DNA of 51,263 nucleotides from a virus. Each line of letters starts with the position of its first letter. Positions within the stretch are counted from its first letter, which is position 1. The notes beneath the pieces were generated by a model. The model searched no databases and was not told the DNA's origin. It saw only the letters and a list, made by a program, of their open reading frames with translations. The position numbers were made by a program, and so were the translations under genes. Below are positions 7,427 through 17,008 of this stretch, piece after piece. The stretch lies in the IMG/VR virus record IMGVR_UViG_3300010232_000005. One strand, 5' to 3'.

Positions 7427-9178
7427 TTATGTATTAGTTTTCCCTTCGACGTGTGCGTTCCCTATGTCGATTGAGTTTCCGCTTCGGTTATCAACTAAAA
7501 CCGCAATCGTTTGGTCGCTTCCGCTCGTGTTTGTATAACTTGTGACCGGGTCGCCCGTGACGCGGTCCTGTATTGTTGTTCCGTCACCTTGTATAAGATA
7601 TTTGCGGGAATTGTACCCACCCGAATTATCCAATGTGACTAGTTTCATGTCGACGTCGGTTGGCATAGCTGAAAAACCCCCGTCGACCATTCCGCATTTG
7701 AATACTTCGACTGATTGCCCGTCGCCAATCGAATCGACAAGTAACACCGCTTGGCTTCCGTCCCCGACGCCCGAAGCACTACCTGAGGCGTCGAACGATT
7801 CTTTATAATCATAGGATATTTCGGCGGTAGTTCCGTCACCCGCGTCGGCCGCAGATAGCCCCGATATGAAATCGAATGTCGCAACGTCCGATATTACTTC
7901 GTTTCCGTCGTCGTCGGCGGCTGTGGGTCCACCCGATCCAGTAAAGTCGATTTTTGCCGTTCCATTATCGTCGGCCACTTCTAAATACGTATCGAAGTTT
8001 AGCGAACTCGTCGTCACGGTCGACGTGCCGCTATCTTTGATCGACACGTCGCTTCCACCGCCGCCGGACGTGTACCATTGGGTGTCGTCCGCGAAGACGA
8101 CGGTTGCCCCGTAGTCGGTAACAATCGTTTTCGACGACCCGCCGTCGATACCTTCGCCGCCTTCCGTGTCGATAGTGATATTATTCGATCCGGCACTTCC
8201 GCCGACGTCGACGACGATAACAAAGTTCGCACGGTCGGTCGTGCCTAAATCACTGGTTGCTAATGTCACTGTGACGGCACCGCCCGACGTATCGACGGGC
8301 ACGACTTCGTCGCCCGACGTCGTATAATTCGACGCTTTTGTCGACGAAAAGACGCGTTCGTCGTCGATTTTTAATCGGTTTATGGTCGTCAAAGTCGATA
8401 CTTTTGCGTCGGTAATAGCACCGCTGGCTAGTTGTGTGGTTCCGACGGCGGCGTCGGCTAATTCGTCGGAATCGACTGACCCCGATAGTATTTCCGCCGC
8501 TGTCACCGCGTCGGTTTGTATTTCGTTGGTGTCGACGGCGTCGGTTGCTATCTTGGCATTAGTGACGGAACCGTCGGCTAGTTCGTTTGTGCCGACCGCG
8601 TTCGTCGATATTTTCGCCGTCGTCACCGCACCGTCGGCTATTTTTACCGTCGTAATTGCTCCATCATTTACTTTTGCCTTCGTTATTGCGGAGTCGCTAA
8701 CTTCCGCCGTTTCTATTTGATAGTCGACCCCGGCGTGTGCCCGCCAATTTAAGATGTTGTCGTCGGTTAAGTCGCTAACGTCGTGTTCTATTAAACAAAC
8801 TGCCAAAAGCAATTGGTCGGCCGTTAGTGACGGCGTATCGGGCTTGGGATTAGGCGACCCTTCAATAACAGTATATCCCGGCACCGACGAATCAAACGCC
8901 ACGACGTCGACGCGGCGGTCGTCGTCGCCGTTTGTCGTGGTCGACGGCCCGTCGGATAATGTGAACGAGTTCGACGCGGGTGAATATGACGACCCACCAT
9001 ACCGAAGGTCGGTCGCCGACGCGACTGTAATTCCCATAGCGGTATTTCCGTCGGCCGTGACTTCGGCGTCGCCGTCGTTTTGTATCCCATTCCCGACGAA
9101 CGCTTCGGTGACCGCTTGTAGCAAGACGCCGTGAAACGTTTTCCCCGCCGGGGCTTCGAACGTATCGACTTCGGGCAT
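7427..9178 (-). CDS. Tail fibre protein with a 10 x 10-aa repeat shaft
   Basis: 583 aa. Residues about 161-263 read AITKAKVNDG/AITTVKIADG/AVTTAKISTN/AVGTNELADG/SVTNAKIATD/AVDTNEIQTD/AVTAAEILSG/SVDSDELADA/AVGTTQLASG/AITDAKVSTL. Confidence 0.6.
   Translation of the reverse strand: MPEVDTFEAPAGKTFHGVLLQAVTEAFVGNGIQNDGDAEVTADGNTAMGITVASATDLRYGGSSYSPASNSFTLSDGPSTTTNGDDDRRVDVVAFDSSVPGYTVIEGSPNPKPDTPSLTADQLLLAVCLIEHDVSDLTDDNILNWRAHAGVDYQIETAEVSDSAITKAKVNDGAITTVKIADGAVTTAKISTNAVGTNELADGSVTNAKIATDAVDTNEIQTDAVTAAEILSGSVDSDELADAAVGTTQLASGAITDAKVSTLTTINRLKIDDERVFSSTKASNYTTSGDEVVPVDTSGGAVTVTLATSDLGTTDRANFVIVVDVGGSAGSNNITIDTEGGEGIDGGSSKTIVTDYGATVVFADDTQWYTSGGGGSDVSIKDSGTSTVTTSSLNFDTYLEVADDNGTAKIDFTGSGGPTAADDDGNEVISDVATFDFISGLSAADAGDGTTAEISYDYKESFDASGSASGVGDGSQAVLLVDSIGDGQSVEVFKCGMVDGGFSAMPTDVDMKLVTLDNSGGYNSRKYLIQGDGTTIQDRVTGDPVTSYTNTSGSDQTIAVLVDNRSGNSIDIGNAHVEGKTNT
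8390..8698 (-). repeat. Coding tandem repeat (30-nt period) inside the fibre gene
   Basis: Decapeptide periodicity read from the translation. Confidence 0.7.
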
Positions 9179-9220
9179 GGGTTCGGGTTCGGCGTGCCCG
9201 GTCTTTAGCTTTGGCTACCG

Positions 9221-10216
9221 TTAGGATATTCGAAACTCACTTTCGGAATTAAACCCGACGTTCGACCGTTTCGTGAATTGGCTGAATGTGGTCGCCCATA
9301 GCATACGCCCGTCGCCGTCGAAAACGGCCAATTCGCTTAGGTCGACGGGTTGTATTCCCGATGGTTCCGACTCAAAAATATGCGTTCGCGTAATTATCCG
9401 GTCGCGGTCGATATTTCGCTCGCAATCTTTTCGAAATTGTTCGTCGGTAAGCGACGAATCCGTCTTATCGAAGTCGGTGTCGCCCGACCCGAATGCGAAT
9501 TCTACCGGCCCGGTGGCGGCGTATAGGTCGGCCATAGCGTCACGCACCGCCGTTTCGCCGTCGTTCGTGAATACGGAATTACCGACGCCGTCACCTTCGA
9601 ACGATAGCGTGACGTGCAACCGCACTTCGTCGGTTGGGTCTATATCCCATGTTCCATTAACCACCACACGCGCCAATAGCCGGTCGGATTCGTCGACGAT
9701 CCCATATTCGACCGGGTCGCCGACCCAAGAAACGGAATCATGGCGACCGATTGATTGTAATTCGTTTGACGACGGCTTGTCGTTTATCACGCGTGCGACG
9801 GCGAACACGTTCGTTAGGGCGTCGTCGCTTGTTTGCGGGTCGCTATCATTCGTCCCGGCTTTAGACTTAAATACGCGACCTTCTTGCCCGTCTAAGGCGC
9901 GGACGACGGCCCGACGCCCTTCTTTCGTAAATTCAGCGTCGACGGATACGTCGGAACCCGCTTCGACCCACCCGCCTTTATCGTCGCCAAACGTTCCCCG
10001 GTCAAATCCCTTTGATTCGTCGGGGTGCCCGAAGACGATTTGTGACCCCGTCGACCGCTTATATACCTTCGCGTCGAGGCCGACGTCGACGACTATTACC
10101 GTCGGCCCGAAAAACAAGTTGCGGTCGCGGTTCGAATCGACTTCGATAAATCGGTTACCGACCTTCCGTATTTGCTTGCGGTTTTCGGCGACAATTCGGT
10201 CTATATCACTTGTCAT
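9221..10216 (-). CDS. Tail/baseplate protein (assigned by position)
   Basis: 331-aa ORF within the contiguous tail gene block. Confidence 0.45.
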   Translation of the reverse strand: MTSDIDRIVAENRKQIRKVGNRFIEVDSNRDRNLFFGPTVIVVDVGLDAKVYKRSTGSQIVFGHPDESKGFDRGTFGDDKGGWVEAGSDVSVDAEFTKEGRRAVVRALDGQEGRVFKSKAGTNDSDPQTSDDALTNVFAVARVINDKPSSNELQSIGRHDSVSWVGDPVEYGIVDESDRLLARVVVNGTWDIDPTDEVRLHVTLSFEGDGVGNSVFTNDGETAVRDAMADLYAATGPVEFAFGSGDTDFDKTDSSLTDEQFRKDCERNIDRDRIITRTHIFESEPSGIQPVDLSELAVFDGDGRMLWATTFSQFTKRSNVGFNSESEFRIS

Positions 10217-10220
10217 GTTA

Positions 10221-11039
10221 TTATAGGCTGGGGTGAATTACCGTAATTGTTTTTGGCGATAGCGGGCCGATTGTAACCTCATATTGCCCGTATTCGGTAA
10301 AGTCTATTTCAAACGATACGGTCGCCCCTTGCCCGCTTCGCAATCGGCTTGCTTTTGCGTCGCGTACGATGTCGTCGATATATAGTTGTACTGTTTCTTG
10401 CCGGGTTTGCGAAGATATATTCTCAATATCACACTCGACGGTAAGCGTTTCGGCGACTTCGACCGCCGTATCCGACACCGTCAAATTCGAATACTGGAAT
10501 TCGAACGTGGTTTCGCCGTCGCTATCTCCGGGGTCGTCATTATCGGGGTCGGCGACTGATTCGGATATGTATACTTCTTTCCCCCATATTTCGGTCCCGC
10601 CTTGCGGTATTTCTTGCCCGTTGCGCCCAACCCCGGCCGACTCGTATACCTTTATTCCGGCGGCGGATCGGCCGACTTCATTTGTTATGTCGCTTCGAAA
10701 TTCGTTCGACGAAGTGTATTCGATATTAAATTCGTTATACGAATCAGTGTCTTTTATGAAAGAATCGAACTCAGAAAAAGAATCGAACTTATTTTCGAAG
10801 TTATTCCGGATTGTTTGGGCGCGTCTTTCCGATATTCCATTATCTATTAAGAATTGTTCGAATTCGTTGAAATTGCTTATATTGGCGTCTTCGTATGCGG
10901 ATAGAAAATCGTCCCAATCGCCGCCGAAGGCTTCTTGTAGGTCGATGGCTATCTGTTGACCGTCGAATTCTTGCTTAGTCGGTTGGCGAAGGCCCAACCA
11001 CACTAGTTTTTGTTCCTTTGTTAGTTGTGATTCCGTCAT
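10221..11039 (-). CDS. Tail/baseplate protein with a C-terminal CARDB/Ig-like domain
   Basis: The C-terminus VEVAETLTVECDIENISSQTRQETVQLYIDDIVRDAKASRLRSGQGATVSFEIDFTEYGQYEVTIG fits the CARDB-type beta-sandwich pattern. Confidence 0.4.
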   Translation of the reverse strand: MTESQLTKEQKLVWLGLRQPTKQEFDGQQIAIDLQEAFGGDWDDFLSAYEDANISNFNEFEQFLIDNGISERRAQTIRNNFENKFDSFSEFDSFIKDTDSYNEFNIEYTSSNEFRSDITNEVGRSAAGIKVYESAGVGRNGQEIPQGGTEIWGKEVYISESVADPDNDDPGDSDGETTFEFQYSNLTVSDTAVEVAETLTVECDIENISSQTRQETVQLYIDDIVRDAKASRLRSGQGATVSFEIDFTEYGQYEVTIGPLSPKTITVIHPSL

Positions 11040-11053
11040 AGGTGATTAACTGG

Positions 11054-12499
11054 TTAGGTGTTTATTTGTGTTTGCCCGCTAACGCCTATCGTCGTGTATC
11101 CTTCGGTGGTGCGTGACGTCTTGTCGATTGCGAACGTTCCCGATATGTCTTCTTTCGGCCAATCAATTAATACCGATTGCCCAACTTGAACATTCCGCCA
11201 TACCGACCCCGCAAGCACAAAAGTAATTGCCGAGTCTTGCCATGCGTTATCGTTCAAATAGCCCCGTGCCCGTGCCGCTAGCTGTTCGCGGGTTCGAAGC
11301 GACCCGTCATTGATCGGTTCGGATCGGGGCGCTTGTTCATTATAGAATTCTACCGATGCCGTATCTTCGTACGTTGCTTGTAGGTCGTCACGACCTTGTA
11401 TGGTGACGACATTCGTGACGTCGAAGTCGCGGTCGACGGTGACGTCGACGACTTGCGTGCCGGAATCGTCGCGTATTTCGTACAAAGCACCTTCGTCGCC
11501 GGCCGATTCGAAAATAAGTCGGTTGTTTTCGTCGGCAAAGACGGTAGCACCCGCTTCAATCGCTAACGAATCCGCTAACGATAGTATGGATTCGTTCACC
11601 GTTCGCGTGATTTGATCGTCGGTGTCGTCGATAACGTACGTTAGTGCCGTATTTCTATCATTCACTGTGAACGGTGTCGCCCGCGCCATGTCGATAGCCG
11701 CCGCCCTATGTTCCGGTAATGTCCCTTGCACTTCGAAACGATACCTTAGCGTGTGGGGCGTGTTCCCGGTGGTTATTTTGGCGTCTTCGACGTCGAATTG
11801 ATACGTTCGCCATGTCGCTATTCCGCGTATCGGTATTTCCCATTCGTACCCGATTCCGTCGCCGTCGACTAATTCGACATACACGTCGAAGACGTTACCC
11901 CGGTTATTTACGACCATTCGGGTTTCGAATTCGTATATTCGACGGCCCGGTGCCGCTTCCGACGGTACATTATCGAATGTGACTTCGTACGATCCCGATT
12001 CGCCTTCTAATATTCCGACGAAAATTGTATCACGACCGAAGTTATTGATTCCGGAAGAATCATTAGTTAATTCGAATATATCCGATTCCGACGACCAATT
12101 CGACGTATCATCGGCAAACGATATTTTCCGACTTGTGGTGTAATTTTCTATTTCTTTGTTGATTGCACGGCGGAGTATTTCGGCCCGCGACAACTCGATA
12201 AACGGGCGGTTTACCTTCCCGTGTTCGGCTTGCCCCGCTAACGTTTCCGCTTCGATTGTTAGCGTTAGGTTTCGCATTTGTTGGTTCGACGGCTTCCCAA
12301 TTATTTCGCCCGACCACTGTTTGTCGCCGCCTTCGAATATTTCGACGTCGGCACCGGATACGGCTAAGGATCGGTTCGACGAACTATTGGCGACGACTGT
12401 TTCGGCGGTTCCGATTGAATCACCCGACGGTTTTTCGTATTTTACGTCGATTATGTTGGTCGGTTCGGTGCCGTCAATTTCGACGATTGGTGTTACCAT
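11054..12499 (-). CDS. Tail tip/baseplate hub protein (Tal-like by position)
   Basis: 481 aa, second gene downstream of the tape measure. Confidence 0.45.
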   Translation of the reverse strand: MVTPIVEIDGTEPTNIIDVKYEKPSGDSIGTAETVVANSSSNRSLAVSGADVEIFEGGDKQWSGEIIGKPSNQQMRNLTLTIEAETLAGQAEHGKVNRPFIELSRAEILRRAINKEIENYTTSRKISFADDTSNWSSESDIFELTNDSSGINNFGRDTIFVGILEGESGSYEVTFDNVPSEAAPGRRIYEFETRMVVNNRGNVFDVYVELVDGDGIGYEWEIPIRGIATWRTYQFDVEDAKITTGNTPHTLRYRFEVQGTLPEHRAAAIDMARATPFTVNDRNTALTYVIDDTDDQITRTVNESILSLADSLAIEAGATVFADENNRLIFESAGDEGALYEIRDDSGTQVVDVTVDRDFDVTNVVTIQGRDDLQATYEDTASVEFYNEQAPRSEPINDGSLRTREQLAARARGYLNDNAWQDSAITFVLAGSVWRNVQVGQSVLIDWPKEDISGTFAIDKTSRTTEGYTTIGVSGQTQINT

Positions 12500-12500
12500 G

Positions 12501-12950
12501 TTATGACACCCATGCGTCTAAGAATGTCCATTCGACGGTACCCGAATAGGTTCGCGGCTTCGACGATTCCGTATCTTCGTCAACGCTAAGGTTCGTAATC
12601 ACACCGTTTATCGTTCGCCCGTCGTACGCAAACATGTCGAAGCCGTTCCCGGAGGTCCACCCCCATTCAAGGGCGGCACGTTCAAGTTCCCACCGGAAGC
12701 CGTAATCGTCGTCGCTATATGTCGACGAATTTGGGTAATCGCCCGAATCCATTCCCTGTATGTCGATTGTTATATCGTACGTTCGCAAATCCAAGACGAA
12801 CTTTCCCCCGACGACGGCACGCGACACCCCGGAAATAATCGAATCCGTCACTAACCCGTTCGATATTTCCGTTTCGACGCGGTTCGATTTTAGCTTGAAG
12901 ACTTCCGATCCGTCGTTCCGTCGTAATTCGACGCGTGTGTCGGTCGTCAT
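12501..12950 (-). CDS. Distal tail protein (Dit-like by position)
   Basis: 149 aa, immediately downstream of the tape measure. Confidence 0.4.
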   Translation of the reverse strand: MTTDTRVELRRNDGSEVFKLKSNRVETEISNGLVTDSIISGVSRAVVGGKFVLDLRTYDITIDIQGMDSGDYPNSSTYSDDDYGFRWELERAALEWGWTSGNGFDMFAYDGRTINGVITNLSVDEDTESSKPRTYSGTVEWTFLDAWVS

Positions 12951-12955
12951 ATATT

Positions 12956-14146
12956 CTACCGTGTACCCGCGACGTTAGTAGCCTTCTTGCCCATAGCCCG
13001 AACAAGCCGGTCGGCTAACGACTTCATTTCCCGGCGGTTCAATTCCGACGGGTCGAATTTCCCACTAATGTCGATTGTAATGTTTTCGACGTTAATGATT
13101 GTGCCGTCGTCGCCGCGTGAATCCCGTCGGGGTCGTTGTGCGGCTTCGACGATTGGTTGGGGTATGACGGCTTCGCCTTGATGTATTTCCGCCATGCCCG
13201 ACGATTCGACCATACCGCCGGATTGTGCCCCCGGAGCAGCCATGATTGTTTGGTCGCTTTCTTCTTGTATTTCCCGTCGAGTGCGTGCGGCCCGGTCGGA
13301 TTGCGACTCGGAACTTTCGTTAATTGAATCGAAGACGGGGCCGAATACCCGGTCTAACGTGCGTTCCCACGCCCCGACGAAGGTGTCGAAGACTTCGTCG
13401 GCTTCTTGAAGTCCCGACTTTATGCCCCCGACAATTCCTTCGTCGAAGACGTCGCGCATGAATCCGTTTACGAACCCGCCGAATATGGCGAAGGGGCCGA
13501 AGGCAATCGACGACGCGGCAAGTAACGCGTCGGATATACCGCCGCCTAACGATTCGCGTACGTTTGCGCCAAGCCCCCGTATCGCTTCCATAACACCCGC
13601 CGCTTGAAACCCTTTGACGACTAGCCCCCCAATCATTAGCCCTAACGCGGTCGCCCCAAGAAGTGCCGCCGGGGAAATGCTTAACGCCCGTGCAATGGTG
13701 CCGACTACTGTTCCGCTTAGTGCCGCATTAATCCCGCCGACGATCCACCCGCCGATACGACCGCCGATTGTTCGGGCTTTCCCCGCGACACGCTTCGCGG
13801 CTTCGAACGCTAACAAGTCTTCGAAGAAACTACCGCCCCCACCTCCGCCCTCGCCGCCCGATATTTCGCCGGATATGAACCCGCCGCTAAACATTCCTAA
13901 CAACCCGCTTGCGGTCGACCGTAATTGCCGCATATCATGGTCTAAAATCCCGACTTGCCGGCCCGCTTCCCCGCTATTGTCGGCGGTGGTGGTTAGCGTT
14001 CCGGCGAAATTGTTCATAGTGCCCGCCGACCGTTCCGTCGAATCCGCTAAGTCTTCTTGCGACGACTGCAAGGAATCAGTCTTTTCGCGGGCGTCGTCGG
14101 CACCCACGACACGGGCTTCGTATTCAATCTCCCCGATTTGAACCAT
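12956..14146 (-). CDS. Tail tape measure protein
   Basis: 396 aa with a helical N-terminus, then glycine-zipper hydrophobic segments (GGGGGGSFFEDLLAFEAAKRVAGKARTIGGRIGGWIVGGINAALSG...). It follows the G/GT chaperone pair. Confidence 0.7.
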   Translation of the reverse strand: MVQIGEIEYEARVVGADDAREKTDSLQSSQEDLADSTERSAGTMNNFAGTLTTTADNSGEAGRQVGILDHDMRQLRSTASGLLGMFSGGFISGEISGGEGGGGGGSFFEDLLAFEAAKRVAGKARTIGGRIGGWIVGGINAALSGTVVGTIARALSISPAALLGATALGLMIGGLVVKGFQAAGVMEAIRGLGANVRESLGGGISDALLAASSIAFGPFAIFGGFVNGFMRDVFDEGIVGGIKSGLQEADEVFDTFVGAWERTLDRVFGPVFDSINESSESQSDRAARTRREIQEESDQTIMAAPGAQSGGMVESSGMAEIHQGEAVIPQPIVEAAQRPRRDSRGDDGTIINVENITIDISGKFDPSELNRREMKSLADRLVRAMGKKATNVAGTR

Positions 14147-14194
14147 ATTCTTATGCGTCGTTCGCGGTGCCGGCCCTTATCGCTTCGTCACCGA

Positions 14195-14740
14195 TTAGCC
14201 CAAGCGGTTCATGCCGGTGGTGCTTCCGTTGTTCCCGTGCCGACGCCGTTCCCGTCGCCGCTGTTTTTCGATTTGTTCTTGCTTGTATTCGCCCCGTTCG
14301 TTCACTATCGCAAGCCGTTCGGCGACTTCCCGATCCGACATACCGTCGCTTCGTATCGACCCCTTCGACCATTCCATGCCCGGCCGTTCGAAGACGACGT
14401 CGGGGGCTTCGTGAACGGCGACGACCGCGATTGCGAAGGCGGCGGCGACCATAGCCACGACATACGACGCCGTGTACGCCGCGACAAGCGTTTGGGCGAT
14501 AGCCCCGACCGATAGGGCACGCCGAAGACGACGCCGACCACACGCCGCACACGCCCGTCTAACGGTCGCCGCAACGTCGTGTCGTTCGTGAACCGTGACG
14601 ACGTCCCGGTCGACGCCGTGTATATCGGTACGTGACACACCCTTTTCGGCTAAATACTGTTCGCTAACCGTTCGCTGTATCACCGCGTCGGCGGCGTCGC
14701 GGGCCGGCTTGCCGCGGACGGCCCGCCTTACACGTTTAAA
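14195..14740 (-). CDS. T-frame extension of the tail assembly chaperone (GT product made by -1 frameshift)
   Basis: Track ORF 14195..14785 lies in the -1 frame relative to the G ORF and overlaps its 3' end. The codons look genuine (…PDVVFERPGMEWSKGSIRSDGMSDREVAERLAIVNERGEYKQEQIEKQ…). Confidence 0.55.
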   Translation of the reverse strand, partial: FKRVRRAVRGKPARDAADAVIQRTVSEQYLAEKGVSRTDIHGVDRDVVTVHERHDVAATVRRACAACGRRRLRRALSVGAIAQTLVAAYTASYVVAMVAAAFAIAVVAVHEAPDVVFERPGMEWSKGSIRSDGMSDREVAERLAIVNERGEYKQEQIEKQRRRERRRHGNNGSTTGMNRLG

Positions 14741-15153
14741 TCGGCGTCGGAAACGTCGCCGAACGGCGGCGGCACTTCGTCCCACAAGTCTTCGAAAACG
14801 GGATTATCAATGTCGCTTCCCCGGTACGCCGACGTTAGGAATTCGCGGATCGACGGGGCGTCGGAATCGTCGGCACCCGACCAATCGACGATAAGGAATT
14901 CAAGCATATCGACGTAGTAATCGGAATTAATATTAACGCCGTCGGGCGTCGCCGTCACGTTTTCTTCGACGACCTTTTGCTTCCGTCGAACAGGAACCCG
15001 TTCGGATAGTTCGAACCACCACCGCTTTTCGCGGTCGTGGTCGGCAATCCATACAGTGCGGGTCGGCCCGTCGTCGACCAAGGCGTCGTGTGCCGATCCG
15101 GGGTCGTATTCTTTCAAGTCTTCCGGCGGTTCCGGGTCGTCGTCGCTTGCCAT
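14728..15153 (-). CDS. Tail assembly chaperone (G-like)
   Basis: An acidic protein of about 141 aa between the major tail protein and the tape measure. The start was moved to ATG 15153 (MASDDDPEPPE), which lies 30 nt downstream of the start of the CTTTT element at 15175-15191. Confidence 0.6.
   Translation of the reverse strand: MASDDDPEPPEDLKEYDPGSAHDALVDDGPTRTVWIADHDREKRWWFELSERVPVRRKQKVVEENVTATPDGVNINSDYYVDMLEFLIVDWSGADDSDAPSIREFLTSAYRGSDIDNPVFEDLWDEVPPPFGDVSDADLNV
14734..14740 (-). other. Slippery heptamer T_TTA_AAC for programmed -1 ribosomal frameshifting
   Basis: The G frame reads gat tta aac gtg taa, so X_XXY_YYZ is in the correct phase two codons before the stop. The -1 frame continues ttt aaa cgt gta agg... 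Confidence 0.6.
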
Positions 15154-15174
15154 GCCCGATACTTGCCCGAACGT

Positions 15175-15191
15175 GGGGAAAAGCGTGCCGC
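15175..15191 (-). promoter_or_regulatory. Consensus promoter (GCGGCACGCTTTTCCCC on the gene strand)
   Basis: It directly follows the major-tail-protein stop codon. The TATA-like element starts 30 nt upstream of ATG 15153. Confidence 0.5.
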
Positions 15192-16118
15192 TTAGACCGA
15201 CGACCACGTCACCCAAGCGTCATTTGGGATAAGCGACACCGTCGTCGTCGGTGCCCCTTCCTCGGGGTACGGGTACGGAGCGGATTCGATACCGACTTCG
15301 CGGAATTCGAACCCAAGCGTGTCGCCGTCACGCACGAAGTTAATGCTTGCACTACCCGCGTCGTCACGACCTAGTAGGTCTTGGAATAGGGAATCGTCGA
15401 CCGGCGTTACGTCGGCGGTGATAGCGTGCCCCGCGTTCCCGTAGTGCATTTCGTACGGGTCATCGGGCGAATTCGGTTGTATGTAGTACCGTGGGTCTAA
15501 GTTGTTCGAAAGTTCCCATTCGAAGTCTTCGACACGGGCGTAATCCGTCCCCTTTAGCGAAAGGTACGAATCGGCGTCGTGAAACATGAACGACCCGGCG
15601 GAAAGGTCGGAAATAGACGTCGCCGTCGATCCCGTCGTGACGCCTTGGGCTTGGAAATCCATGTCGACTTGAAGCTGGCTTTCGTTATCGACGCCGATTG
15701 TAGCCGTGTCGACGGCGTTCCCCGCGAAGGTGCGAACGAAGTCGGCGTCGGTGTCGTGCCCATAATACGCCGCTTCGACCGTCATGGTTCGGGGAACCGG
15801 GGCGTTTTCGACATTGATTTGCCCCGACGATAGGTCGTTCCCGAAGATTATTTCGAACGGGTATTCGTCGACGGGCAAGACGGTTAACGACCCACCGTCG
15901 TACGTGTTTCTCCCCGCTTCTTTCCCCGATAATTGCCGGCCCTGATTGTCGATATTGCGTTCTTCTTGCCAATCGACTTCGGGGTCGGGCATATCGCCCG
16001 AATCGGTGATAATACCTAACGGTCGTTGCGGCGTCGTTTCGGTTCCGTGGTCGGATTCTTTGGCGACACCGATTTGGGCGTCGTGTCGCACTAGCGGGTA
16101 ATCTCCCGTCGTCGACAT
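15192..16118 (-). CDS. Major tail protein (siphovirus type)
   Basis: 308 aa, positioned between the connector genes and the chaperones. No sheath gene is present. Confidence 0.6.
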   Translation of the reverse strand: MSTTGDYPLVRHDAQIGVAKESDHGTETTPQRPLGIITDSGDMPDPEVDWQEERNIDNQGRQLSGKEAGRNTYDGGSLTVLPVDEYPFEIIFGNDLSSGQINVENAPVPRTMTVEAAYYGHDTDADFVRTFAGNAVDTATIGVDNESQLQVDMDFQAQGVTTGSTATSISDLSAGSFMFHDADSYLSLKGTDYARVEDFEWELSNNLDPRYYIQPNSPDDPYEMHYGNAGHAITADVTPVDDSLFQDLLGRDDAGSASINFVRDGDTLGFEFREVGIESAPYPYPEEGAPTTTVSLIPNDAWVTWSSV

Positions 16119-16174
16119 AGGCGTCGGTACCCGGTCGACCGACTTAGTAGTTCGCTACCGGAAAAGAAGCCGCG

Positions 16175-17008
16175 TTAGGTGTCGAACACGGCGTCGTTAA
16201 AGACGTCGCGGCACCGGGGGCACATATCGTCGTACACGTTCACCCACGCCCCAAGCGTCACGGCGTCGTCGACGTCGTCGACGGGGTCGCCGGACGTGGT
16301 TAGCCCGCCGACAAGCGTTCCGCATAGGGCGACGTTTTCGGCGTCGGCCGTCGTAAGGTGTTTCGGTTCCCGGTCGGGGGAAACGTGCCGCACGTCTTTG
16401 AAGTCGAAGTCGGGGTCGGCGTGTTCGTGGTCGTGGTCGTGGTAACATTCCAGACACCGGTAGCCGTCGTGCGTTTCCCGCATTGATTCGCGGGGGCGGT
16501 TTACGCCGCACCACGCACAGTCGGTCGGCGTCGGATCGACCGACGACCGGGGTTGTTGGGTGTCGTCGTGTTCCGGCGGGTGCCCGCCGTCGGTGTAAAC
16601 GTCGGGGTCGTCGCCGTCGGCTTCGACGGTAATTCCGACGACCGTTCCCATTTCGCGGCGGTCGCCGCCGTCGCCGTGACGACCCGAAACGGCGGTGTAA
16701 AGCGTCGGGGCGTCACCGTTCCCGACCGTCGACGCGACTTGGTGATCGTTCTTGCCGTCGGCGTCGTAATCGACGCGGTAGTATGCGTTTTCGTTCACCC
16801 ACGTACGCGGTTCCGTGCCGTGCGTCGTACCCGATTCGACGGCTTCGGTGTTGGTGACGGTTCCGCGTTCGGTTTGCCGTTCGCCGTTCACGTCGACGTA
16901 TTCGACTTCGACCGTGTCGCCTTCCGCGACGTCGCCCGCGACGATAGCGTCGAAGGCTTGAAGGTCGTTTTCGAACCGTACGTCGTCGGTGGTGGTGTGT
17001 CGCACCAT
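16175..17008 (-). CDS. MVRHT-class protein with C-terminal Cys/His clusters (a moron inside the structural module)
   Basis: MVRHTTTDD... CAWCG...CLECYHDHDHEH...CPRC. It has its own promoter module at 16994-17050. Confidence 0.7.
   Translation of the reverse strand: MVRHTTTDDVRFENDLQAFDAIVAGDVAEGDTVEVEYVDVNGERQTERGTVTNTEAVESGTTHGTEPRTWVNENAYYRVDYDADGKNDHQVASTVGNGDAPTLYTAVSGRHGDGGDRREMGTVVGITVEADGDDPDVYTDGGHPPEHDDTQQPRSSVDPTPTDCAWCGVNRPRESMRETHDGYRCLECYHDHDHEHADPDFDFKDVRHVSPDREPKHLTTADAENVALCGTLVGGLTTSGDPVDDVDDAVTLGAWVNVYDDMCPRCRDVFNDAVFDT

Noticed and set aside
8390-8698. 30-nt periodic DNA repeats, considered as a possible CRISPR-like or tandem non-coding repeat
   Set aside because: The periodicity is that of decapeptide repeats inside a long open tail-fibre gene. 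There are no unique spacers.
14151-14640. Alternative ORFs 14151-14552 (-), 14305-14640 (-) and 14167-14454 (+) in the chaperone T region
   Set aside because: They are Arg-rich shadow frames. The frame of 14195-14785 has realistic composition and the correct -1 relationship to the G ORF and the slippery site.
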